Shown one piece after another: positions 1-7,891 of a stretch of DNA of 32,143 nucleotides. The translations under genes and the position numbers were made by a program. The stretch lies in IMG/VR virus record IMGVR_UViG_3300017713_000040; one strand, 5' to 3'. The stretch is from a virus. How positions within the stretch are numbered: the stretch's first letter is position 1; every line of letters starts with the position of its first letter. The notes below the pieces were generated by a model. The model was not told the origin of the DNA. It was given only the letters and a program-made list of their open reading frames with translations, and did not search any database.

Positions 1-123
1 CAGATCCGTGCTATAATTGTGGTATGAAAACATTTAAAAAAACACAGACCATGTTAGATAGGGTAGACCCGGTCAGGATCCGGAATCACATCGTGTTCCT
101 TGATGGCCAGATCAAGGCCTATA
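1..123. repeat. End duplication copy 1, identical to 32021-32143; closure overlap of a circular or permuted genome
   Basis: Bases 1-123 re-occur base for base at 32021-32143, giving a unit length of 32020 bp. Confidence 0.9.
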
Positions 124-266
124 AAGATATGCTGTATCACCTACAGAACAAAGAGACCACTGATGCACTCGCTAAATGTGAGCAAAATCTCGAAGTCATC
201 AGACACAACAAGGAATTGTTGAGAGTAGCAATGGGTTGGCCCAGCCTGATCAAAAAACCAGCCTAA
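24..266 (+). CDS. Hypothetical early protein, leaderless candidate
   Basis: 80-aa ORF. Its ATG lies exactly 6 nt after the TATAAT (12-17) and there is no SD. No recognisable domain. Confidence 0.6.
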   Translation: MKTFKKTQTMLDRVDPVRIRNHIVFLDGQIKAYKDMLYHLQNKETTDALAKCEQNLEVIRHNKELLRVAMGWPSLIKKPA

Positions 267-279
267 CGCGAATTTGCTG

Positions 280-310
280 ACGCAAAAAAAAAGCGGAACG
301 CAAAAAAAAA
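280..310 (+). repeat. Two copies of ACGCAAAAAAAAA (280-292 and 298-310); phased A9 tracts, UP-element-like
   Basis: Direct 13-mer repeat with an 18-nt period, ending 2 nt before the -35 at 313. Confidence 0.7.
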
Positions 311-312
311 CC

Positions 313-342
313 TTGACCAAACCCGGGGATTCCTGCTATAAT
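313..342 (+). promoter_or_regulatory. Sigma70-type early promoter: TTGACC-N18-(TGc)TATAAT
   Basis: TTGACC lies at 313-318 and TATAAT at 337-342 with TG at 334-335. The ATG of ORF 353 follows 10 nt downstream and there is no SD. Confidence 0.65.
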
Positions 343-352
343 AAATACACAT

Positions 353-793
353 ATGCCAAGTTGGAACAAAGGAAAGACAGGACTGGAAGCGGGTTGGACA
401 CCTGAGAGGCGCCTTAAGGCCTCGGAGAAACAACGGCAGTGGATCCGCGACAACCCAACCAAGCAGTTCTGGAAGTTCAACAAAGGCGTATGGAAGACAG
501 GACCCGATCCGGAGGTCCGTAGGCACTACTACAGGTATATGAGGATGAAATGTCAGGCACGATACTGGTGTCAGGAATGGACCATACTGTGGGAAGACTA
601 TCTGGATCTATTAAAAAGTTCATCAGGTTCGTGGGGTCGGACACGGGACTCCATAAACTTGGTGAGGCAGGACAAGGCACAAGGCTGGCACATCCACAAT
701 GTGAAGTTGATGAATCGCACAGAAGCAATGAAGAGGCCTCGATTGACCGACAGCAAAGGCAATGTGGTCAGGAGGAAGAAGCGGAATGGATAA
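353..793 (+). CDS. Early protein with homing-endonuclease-like DNA-binding motifs (NUMOD3-like WNKGK); no catalytic motif seen
   Basis: 146-aa ORF. The N-terminal WNKGKTG..WTPERRLKASEKQ resembles NUMOD3 motifs, with a second FNKGVW copy. The C-terminal LVRQDKAQGWHIHNVKL resembles the DRxD..GY..NV tail of HNH-family proteins, but the Cys/His ligands are absent. Confidence 0.5.
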   Translation: MPSWNKGKTGLEAGWTPERRLKASEKQRQWIRDNPTKQFWKFNKGVWKTGPDPEVRRHYYRYMRMKCQARYWCQEWTILWEDYLDLLKSSSGSWGRTRDSINLVRQDKAQGWHIHNVKLMNRTEAMKRPRLTDSKGNVVRRKKRNG

Positions 794-977
794 TCAACAA
801 CGCACAAGATTCATGAGTGACTGGATAAGGTCACAGGAACAGGTCAGGATCCAACAGGACCGTGACAGATGGTTAGAGAACCGACGACAACAACGAGAGG
901 CACAGCAGGAATACAATTACCAAAAAAACAAAAGGAGCACAGATGCAGGTGGCGATAGTAAAGATCAGCAAAATTAA
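786..977 (+). CDS. Hypothetical Q/R-rich small protein
   Basis: The internal ATG at 786 is preceded by GGAGGA (772-777). It overlaps the stop of the upstream ORF. 63 aa. Confidence 0.45.
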   Translation: MDNQQRTRFMSDWIRSQEQVRIQQDRDRWLENRRQQREAQQEYNYQKNKRSTDAGGDSKDQQN

Positions 978-1227
978 CAGCCAGTATGGTGGTGAGATCA
1001 TCAGATTGGATGGACATCACCAGGACGAGACGGGTCAATTGGTCAAGGGATACTGTTTCATAGATCCCAAGAACGACAATTGGCATCAATGGGTCGAGAC
1101 GATGGAGGCCGCGGCGACGAATCGTGGCAAATACATCTTGGTTGATCACATACACATGAAGAACAGGGCCAAGGGCATATGGGACGCGGACAGCCGACCA
1201 CAGGTCATAGACATAATCAACAGATGA
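943..1227 (+). CDS. Hypothetical early protein
   Basis: 94-aa ORF with AAGGAG 5 nt upstream of the ATG. Confidence 0.55.
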   Translation: MQVAIVKISKINSQYGGEIIRLDGHHQDETGQLVKGYCFIDPKNDNWHQWVETMEAAATNRGKYILVDHIHMKNRAKGIWDADSRPQVIDIINR

Positions 1228-1421
1228 AACAGGTTTTCAACATAGAGACAAACACAGGAACTGACCCAGAGGTGTTCGTCAAACAGGCGGGCATACCGTT
1301 CCGTAGCATACAATCATTCTATCATCCAGAGATGGGTTGGTTGATATCATTGGACCACGGCATCGTGACCTGTGATGAGAAGAACAAGACCATAACCTAC
1401 CACAATCCGGACACAGAATAA
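1224..1421 (+). CDS. Hypothetical early protein
   Basis: ATGA start/stop overlap with the upstream ORF at 1224-1227. 65 aa. Confidence 0.45.
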   Translation: MKQVFNIETNTGTDPEVFVKQAGIPFRSIQSFYHPEMGWLISLDHGIVTCDEKNKTITYHNPDTE

Positions 1422-1476
1422 ACACTTGCATTTTGGTGACCGGGACCAAATATAAATATCTATATTAGGAGAAGCC

Positions 1477-3237
1477 ATGCCAAGCAAAGCCAAACTCACA
1501 ACTCGTGAAAGAACCAGTTCCAATGTCAGTTCGGACAACCTCAACAAGGGTTCGGAACTATCACACGCAGAAGCAGACAGTAATTTCATCAATCTAAGGG
1601 ATCAGAGCATAGCCATATCAGATGGTTCCGCATCAACAGACATAGAGGCCGGAGAGACCATAACATTCTCGGGTGCCTCAGTTTCAGGCAACACGGTCAC
1701 GGTGCCAACAGGTGCTGGAATGACCATAGTGGGTGATGATTCATCAGGCACACTTATAAACGGTGGCGAAACTTTAAAAATAGCAGGTGGCACCAATGTC
1801 ACAACCGCGATGTCCGGTGACACAATGACAATAACAGCATCAGGTGGCGGTGGCGGCAGTAGCATGACCGTGCAGGACGAGGGTTCAGCACTCTCAACGG
1901 CGGCCACAACTTTGAACTTCGTTGGCGCAGGGGTCACAGCATCAGGCACGGGAGCAACCAAGACCATTACGATAGCAGGCGGTGGTGCCTCGGGTGGCAA
2001 CCTAGGAGACCTACAGGTCAACGGAACCGTGATGTCACCAGTCGCTACCAATTCCGATCTAACACTTCAAGCAAACGGCACCGGCGATATAGTCATCGCA
2101 GATCTGCACTTCAACGAAGCAGAGGCCACAATCAATTCACAGGCCAGCAACTCAGCAAGTATCACAATGAAGCCTACCACAGGCAAGGACAGAGATGTGT
2201 TCATCCTAAACGCAGGCACCGTATCATACGATGCCAATAGTGCAAAAAATTCAGAATTCAGGATGTATGTTAAAAGCGGAAACACTGGAGGATCAGGAAG
2301 ACGAGGTGCACTTTGGCTCTATGACAGTAATTCATCACAGTCCAGCAACAATTTTATACTTGGCACCAATGCAGATGCAGATGTGAAAGGTATAAGTTTG
2401 GTTGCCGGCGGTGGCACATACGGCAGGATAGAATTGAACATAGACGGATCCAACAACACTGATGTCAATCTTGTATCACACGGCACTGGTCGAGTCAAGG
2501 CCAACACATTCAAAATCAACGATGAATACACATTTCCAACAACAGATGGATCCGCTGGTCAGGTATTACAGACGGACGGGTCAGGTAATCTCAGTTTCGC
2601 AACCGTATCCGGTGGCAGTGCTTCAACCGGTGACATAACATTCAACGGTAGCACAATGATATCACCTTCCAACGGTGACATAACTTTGGATCCATCAGGC
2701 ACAGGTGACATCAACCTCAGTGCCCGTGAGGTGTTCATAGGAGATTCAACAACGGATTCAGCGATCATATCAACAGAGACAGACAGGGCCTTATTCCTGG
2801 CACAGAACATGAACCTGGCCAGCGACTTCAGTTCAAACGCAGGTGGTTTCATCAACATAGCCAGCAACGGAGTATTGATATTCAGACCAGCCGATGGCAA
2901 CCAATACATCTACAACGAAGCCTCAACGGTGGTTATTGGTAGGAGTTCAAATGCCGCCAGTATGTTGACAGGCTCTGGAAGGTCCCTGACCACACTGACC
3001 ACAAACGGATACACCAATACATGGGAACCAAGGATACTCTTGTCACCACCCGGAGCCACGGCTTCATCAGGAGACAAAGCAGAGAGCAAGATTACAATGG
3101 ACGCAGGTGACACAGGCAGTGGATCAATTGAAATGACCACAGTAAGGATATTGATGACAAGATTACCTACCAGTGATCCCAGCACAGCAGGACAACTTTG
3201 GAATGATTCTGGCACATTGAAGATTAGTGCAGGTTAG
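1477..3237 (+). CDS. Tail fibre-like protein (Gly/Ser/Thr-rich, beta-helix-like repeats)
   Basis: 586 aa with AGGAG SD. The N-terminal ~45 aa are paralogous to ORF 3304 (SKAKL.TR..TSS.V.SDN..K...L.HAE.DSN.INLRDQSI). Composition is G/S/T/N-rich. Confidence 0.8.
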   Translation: MPSKAKLTTRERTSSNVSSDNLNKGSELSHAEADSNFINLRDQSIAISDGSASTDIEAGETITFSGASVSGNTVTVPTGAGMTIVGDDSSGTLINGGETLKIAGGTNVTTAMSGDTMTITASGGGGGSSMTVQDEGSALSTAATTLNFVGAGVTASGTGATKTITIAGGGASGGNLGDLQVNGTVMSPVATNSDLTLQANGTGDIVIADLHFNEAEATINSQASNSASITMKPTTGKDRDVFILNAGTVSYDANSAKNSEFRMYVKSGNTGGSGRRGALWLYDSNSSQSSNNFILGTNADADVKGISLVAGGGTYGRIELNIDGSNNTDVNLVSHGTGRVKANTFKINDEYTFPTTDGSAGQVLQTDGSGNLSFATVSGGSASTGDITFNGSTMISPSNGDITLDPSGTGDINLSAREVFIGDSTTDSAIISTETDRALFLAQNMNLASDFSSNAGGFINIASNGVLIFRPADGNQYIYNEASTVVIGRSSNAASMLTGSGRSLTTLTTNGYTNTWEPRILLSPPGATASSGDKAESKITMDAGDTGSGSIEMTTVRILMTRLPTSDPSTAGQLWNDSGTLKISAG

Positions 3238-3303
3238 AATCAATGACGGCATATTTTATGGGAAGAATAAATCAATAAATAATCTTTATTAGGAGAAACC
3301 AAA

Positions 3304-4887
3304 ATGGCTTCAAAAGCAAAACTAGTCACAAGGACAGCAACTTCAAGTTCAGTCACATCAGACAACATCGCCAAGGACGCGGCACTTACACACGCGGAAC
3401 TTGATTCGAACTTGATCAACCTTAGAGATCAATCAATTGGCATAGTTGCAGACGACTCTGCAACGATTGACATCAAGGCTGGCGACTCATTATACATACA
3501 GGGTGGAACAGGAATAACCACTTCAACAAATTCAGATGGCACAGTGACCATCAATAGTGCAGGCTCTGGAGACATCACATCAGTGGTGGCAGGAGATGGC
3601 CTAACAGGGGGAGCAACAACAGGCGACGCCACACTCAACATCGGCGCAGGCACAGGTATAGATGTTGCCGCGGACGCAATATCAGTAGATGTATCAGACT
3701 TCTTGGCAAACGGTTCAAACAACAGAGTGGTCACTGCCACAGGCACAGATGCTCTAAATGGTGAGGCCAACATGACCTTTGATGGTTCAACACTAGGAGT
3801 CACTGGCAACATCACAGCAACAACTTCAATAGCCAACGACGCTGTATCTATAGATGACAATGTAATCAAGACAACAAGATCCAACGATGACCTTTTCATC
3901 GAAACCAATGGCACTGGGACTTTGACACTACAAGCGGGCGGTGGTGATTTCAGTAATTTTTCAAACGAATCAAGATACACCAAAGGAAACAGGATGTATT
4001 ATGAGGATCTGAGTCACACGCTCGGTGTTGACAGGGACTACAGGAACTCAATGGTTATGAAGTTCAAAGCCACAACAGGACAGACAAGTGGTAGCAGTAA
4101 TGACAGGTTCAGAAATATGGCCAATGTTGACTACGATCTCAACGGATCAACTATCACAAGTGCCAGCAGTTATCTGTCTAGAGGACCAATGGCCCTTTCA
4201 GGTGAGGCAACATTAATGAATTCTAGTAGTTCAGATTCCGCGGCCAAGAATGCAACTGGCTTACAGGGTGGTGTGTATCTTTATACTCCTAACAGTGCAG
4301 GTGACATAACAATTACAGGAACCAACTCAGGTATAGCGTCCCACAGCAGTTGGATGGATATTGATGCTGGCACAGGATCAACGATAACAGTTGACAACGG
4401 CTACTCATACTATTCGACAGGCTTCCAATCATATGGAGGAGGCACGAAGACAATGAATAATTTCTATCACTTCTTTGCCAACACGAGTTCCACAGATCCA
4501 ACAAAGGAATATGCCTTCGTCACAGAAAATCCATTGATGTGTAGTGCAGTTGGAACTTTAGAGTCATACAGGGAGAAGGTGGCCACATTGACATCTAGTT
4601 CAACGATTTCAGTTGAATGTGATCAGGCACCAGTTCATAAAGTCACATTGGCACAAAACACGCAGTTTGTTATACAAGAGTTGGCCGCAGGACAATCAGT
4701 CACAATAATCATTACACAGGATGGCACAGGATCAAGAACAGCATCATTTGGAACAGGAGATTCTACAGCAGTCAAGTTCGCCGGCACATATTCAGCACTA
4801 TCAACAGCGGCTGGTGCCATTGATGTTGTGACTATCTTCAACGATGGAACCAACTACTTAGGTAATTGTGCCAAAGCATACGCATAA
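3304..4887 (+). CDS. Tail fibre-like protein, paralogue of 1477-3237 at the N-terminus
   Basis: 527 aa with AGGAG SD. It shares its N-terminal module with 1477 and its C-terminal ~85 aa with ORF 5987-6541. Confidence 0.8.
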   Translation: MASKAKLVTRTATSSSVTSDNIAKDAALTHAELDSNLINLRDQSIGIVADDSATIDIKAGDSLYIQGGTGITTSTNSDGTVTINSAGSGDITSVVAGDGLTGGATTGDATLNIGAGTGIDVAADAISVDVSDFLANGSNNRVVTATGTDALNGEANMTFDGSTLGVTGNITATTSIANDAVSIDDNVIKTTRSNDDLFIETNGTGTLTLQAGGGDFSNFSNESRYTKGNRMYYEDLSHTLGVDRDYRNSMVMKFKATTGQTSGSSNDRFRNMANVDYDLNGSTITSASSYLSRGPMALSGEATLMNSSSSDSAAKNATGLQGGVYLYTPNSAGDITITGTNSGIASHSSWMDIDAGTGSTITVDNGYSYYSTGFQSYGGGTKTMNNFYHFFANTSSTDPTKEYAFVTENPLMCSAVGTLESYREKVATLTSSSTISVECDQAPVHKVTLAQNTQFVIQELAAGQSVTIIITQDGTGSRTASFGTGDSTAVKFAGTYSALSTAAGAIDVVTIFNDGTNYLGNCAKAYA

Positions 4888-4900
4888 TAGGAGAGCATAG

Positions 4901-5809
4901 ATGCCATTAGGTTTTAGCAAAGCAGTTTTCGGACAAGCCGCCGCGGCTGTGAGTGCAACAGGCGGCAGAGCATTCACGCACAACGGAACATCATCAAGCA
5001 GTTCAGGTAATTTCACACTCAACAAGGCGGCCACATACACGGTCAGTTATAGTTCAGCACCATTCAATGATAGCCAACATTACAGCATGGTGTTTTGGTT
5101 CAGACTGGCACAGGAGGGCGGCAACATAGACGACCCTGCCACAAGATTCATCTACATGACAGACAGTGATCAATCCGATCTATGGGGTATGGTTTTCGGC
5201 AATGGCACAAATGTCACTTATATGAATTGTTTAAATTCATCAGGCAACAGGTTGGTCCATCCATATGGATCCACATATGCCAACAACACACCATTCATGT
5301 CAGCCATAGCGGACGGCAGTTGGCATTGTATGATGGTCAGTATGGACAGTGATGCCGGCAACGGTATCGGCAGTTTCTACATAGATGGTTCAAGCACCAA
5401 TGAAGCGTCAGGAGGTGCCTTGACCAGCAATTTGAATTCAAGTGATTTCAAATACATCGCGTTGAGAAACAACAACGGCGGACACAACACATCCTACGGA
5501 ACAAGTTTTGAATCAGGCGCAGGCTTTGAACTTGGACCTGTATGGTTGTATGATTCATATCTTGATTTCACAAGTTCAACAGTCAGAGGGTATTTCTACA
5601 ACTCATCAAACACTGACGGATATGTTGATGGTGGTTCGGACGGCACATCAGGTGGAGCACCCACGCCGGAAGTCTACATGAAACACGGCGAGACCACACT
5701 TGAAGTGGCAGGCGCTTCATCACCAACTGTGAACACGGTCTCACACAACAGTGGTGCCATCGTGATCATACCAACAAATGAAGGTCCAGGATCAGGAGAC
5801 ACCATATAA
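4901..5809 (+). CDS. Concanavalin A-like / LamG lectin-domain protein (putative receptor-binding accessory)
   Basis: 302 aa. The pattern YSMVFWFRL ... GSWHCMMVSMDSDAGNGIGSFYIDGSS matches the Laminin_G_3-type signature (fT.s.W.. / W.hv..t.d / lY.DG). Confidence 0.65.
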   Translation: MPLGFSKAVFGQAAAAVSATGGRAFTHNGTSSSSSGNFTLNKAATYTVSYSSAPFNDSQHYSMVFWFRLAQEGGNIDDPATRFIYMTDSDQSDLWGMVFGNGTNVTYMNCLNSSGNRLVHPYGSTYANNTPFMSAIADGSWHCMMVSMDSDAGNGIGSFYIDGSSTNEASGGALTSNLNSSDFKYIALRNNNGGHNTSYGTSFESGAGFELGPVWLYDSYLDFTSSTVRGYFYNSSNTDGYVDGGSDGTSGGAPTPEVYMKHGETTLEVAGASSPTVNTVSHNSGAIVIIPTNEGPGSGDTI

Positions 5810-5976
5810 TGTATAGATTAACAATAGAATCAACAGCACACACTTTTGACACACTGGCGGAGATGGTGACTTGGTTGAAAGCCAATTACACAGATCCTTT
5901 ATCACACGCATTCGATGTGGCGAAACAGGTGGATGGTTCTTGGGTTCCAAACCCAGATAAATTCAGTCTATTATAG
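5809..5976 (+). CDS. Small hypothetical protein (55 aa), below the ORF-track cutoff
   Basis: TAATG overlap with the upstream stop (5807-5811). The ORF ends just inside the AGGAGG of the next gene. Confidence 0.4.
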   Translation: MYRLTIESTAHTFDTLAEMVTWLKANYTDPLSHAFDVAKQVDGSWVPNPDKFSLL

Positions 5977-5986
5977 GAGGACAACA

Positions 5987-6541
5987 ATGACAACTTGGCC
6001 AACAGCAAACAAGGGATCGACAGCACACACGGACAGTGATGACGACAAACCAAGACTTGCCAGACCGGAAATAAACAAGAACATCTCTAATGTCAATGAC
6101 ATACTTGATTTCTTTGAGGGTGGCTCACCGGCGGATGGAGACATATTCGTCTACAACAGTTCAAACGCCAAGTTCGAGAAGAACACTTCAAACACAAAAT
6201 TCACAAAACTGGTCCAGACTCCAAAGGAGACCATCAACGCGATATCTGCCACTTCAGGTAGTGTCAATGTTGATGCCACGGCGGCACCAGTCCACACAAT
6301 GAGTTTGACAGGCAACACCACATACACATTCACCAACATGACAGCAGGCACGTCAACACTGTTGATCATAAAAGTCAATGCCGCTGACAAGACAGCAACA
6401 TTCACATCAGATGGATCAACATTGGTCAAATTCTCAAACGGTGCTCCAACACTGACAACATCATCATCACAGATAGACATCGTATCAGTTTTCTTTGACG
6501 GCACAGACTACATAGGTTCTATCACACAAGGGATAAGATAA
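5987..6541 (+). CDS. Short tail fibre-like protein
   Basis: AGGAGG (5975-5980) lies 6 nt before the ATG at 5987. The N-terminus (MTTWPTAN...ARPEINKN) is paralogous to ORF 25970 and the C-terminus to ORF 3304. Confidence 0.7.
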   Translation: MTTWPTANKGSTAHTDSDDDKPRLARPEINKNISNVNDILDFFEGGSPADGDIFVYNSSNAKFEKNTSNTKFTKLVQTPKETINAISATSGSVNVDATAAPVHTMSLTGNTTYTFTNMTAGTSTLLIIKVNAADKTATFTSDGSTLVKFSNGAPTLTTSSSQIDIVSVFFDGTDYIGSITQGIR

Positions 6542-7311
6542 TGCCTTTCGGTAGCAGGAGGTTCTTCACAGGTAGGACATTCAATCCGGAGGTCACCACA
6601 ATCACATTTGATTCACCACAGGGTGTTGGTTCAAGCCAACCCAAATTTTTCACATCGGCCTCGGTATCGGGAGACACAGCCGGCAACACAGTCAAAGGCA
6701 ACGGCACCTACACCGCACTCAACGGTGGCACCGCTGACCTTGAAGGTGGCATGACAGGTGGCGCCAACAACGCAATCGTTGTTCCTCTGACTGAGGGCAG
6801 GTCCTACACCATCAGATTAAGGAAGACACTGCTCAACACATTGTCAGGTGGAGCACATCCATCAGCATCATATCCATTCCAGGTTTTCGCACCCAAACTT
6901 TCAACCACCAATGCAGATAGCGATCCAGTCAATGTTGTTTCGCAAACTCCATTCATCCAGTTCAGATATGACAGGGTTGCTAATAACTCAGGTGCCACTG
7001 CATTCCAGACCAATTCACAATTCTTTCAATTGACCAATCACGACAGATCGTCTGATGTGATGGCCAGCAACAGTGCACCTTTTCAACATATCTTCCAGTT
7101 CAGCACGGTGGATAGCGGCACAGGCGCAGATAAGGCAATGGACAATGACACATTGACACTATCACAGAATTTCGTGGTTGCCTCGGGCGACAATGATACT
7201 GCCGCCGGGGGAACAGGTTTCACTGCCAAAGGTCTGTGTCTATCATATGAGATAGATAACAGTGGATCAGGACATAATGGTGATGTGGTGATTGAATTGT
7301 TTCAGAGTTAG
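6541..7311 (+). CDS. Hypothetical virion/fibre-block protein
   Basis: 256 aa, TAATG-coupled, with G/S/T/N-rich composition like its neighbours. Confidence 0.6.
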   Translation: MPFGSRRFFTGRTFNPEVTTITFDSPQGVGSSQPKFFTSASVSGDTAGNTVKGNGTYTALNGGTADLEGGMTGGANNAIVVPLTEGRSYTIRLRKTLLNTLSGGAHPSASYPFQVFAPKLSTTNADSDPVNVVSQTPFIQFRYDRVANNSGATAFQTNSQFFQLTNHDRSSDVMASNSAPFQHIFQFSTVDSGTGADKAMDNDTLTLSQNFVVASGDNDTAAGGTGFTAKGLCLSYEIDNSGSGHNGDVVIELFQS

Positions 7312-7384
7312 ATTTACGGTTAGCAGTGATATTGTAATAAATATTTAGGTAATAACAAATTACATAACAAGGAGAATATACATC

Positions 7385-7873
7385 ATGTCAGCATCTTCCA
7401 ATCACTTGGAAAATAAGTTATTAGATCATGTTTTAAGAGGCGGGTCTTCGGACTACGCAAATCCTGGTAATGTATTTCTTGCTCTATTCAGTGGAACGGC
7501 GAGTGATGTGTTAGCGGCTCTTGAGGCAGGAACAAAATCCAAGTCAGGCACAGGCAACTGGGGTCACTACGAGATCAACAACGCGGGTTATTCCAGAGAG
7601 CAATTGACTTTCGGAACAGACGCTTCAGGCGGTAGCATATCCACAACAGGAAACGCAACATTCACAACAGCGACAGCAAACTATCAAAATTCAGCAAGTT
7701 CTGGATCAACGGTGACTTGTATCGCAGTTATGGACTCGGACTACACAGCAGACGCTTCTTCAGAATCTTTAGGTAATGTTTTGTTCTATGGGCAACTTGA
7801 CAACGCCAAGGAAATTTTGAATGGAGACACCTTTCAAGTGTCAACAGGAAATTTGACTATCTCTTTAGCATAA
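7385..7873 (+). CDS. Conserved phage fibre-locus protein of unknown function
   Basis: 162 aa with AAGGAG SD. The pattern N.LLDHVLRG...FLALFSG...YSREQLTFG...N...F......V.....MDS....GNVLFYG.L......NGDTF.V..G.L.I.L looks like a recurrent phage family seen next to tail fibres (recollection only). Confidence 0.6.
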   Translation: MSASSNHLENKLLDHVLRGGSSDYANPGNVFLALFSGTASDVLAALEAGTKSKSGTGNWGHYEINNAGYSREQLTFGTDASGGSISTTGNATFTTATANYQNSASSGSTVTCIAVMDSDYTADASSESLGNVLFYGQLDNAKEILNGDTFQVSTGNLTISLA

Positions 7874-7891
7874 TAAAGGGGGAGTAGCCAA

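Noticed and set aside
1426-1456. A sigma70 promoter in front of the first fibre gene (TTGCAT ... TATAAA)
   Set aside because: The spacer would be 19 nt and the -10 is poor, and the alternatives are no better. Late genes may depend on read-through or a phage factor. Only the TTGGT-N7-ACCAA inverted repeat is retained as an observation.
1602-4853. Minus-strand ORFs inside the fibre genes (1602-2051, 2067-2285, 2559-2909, 2910-3215, 3429-3983, 4635-4853)
   Set aside because: They lie entirely antisense to long, SD-led + strand genes. Their Pro/Val/Ala/Ser-rich translations mirror the Gly/Thr/Ser-rich sense frames. No RBS or promoter is visible, so they are shadow ORFs.
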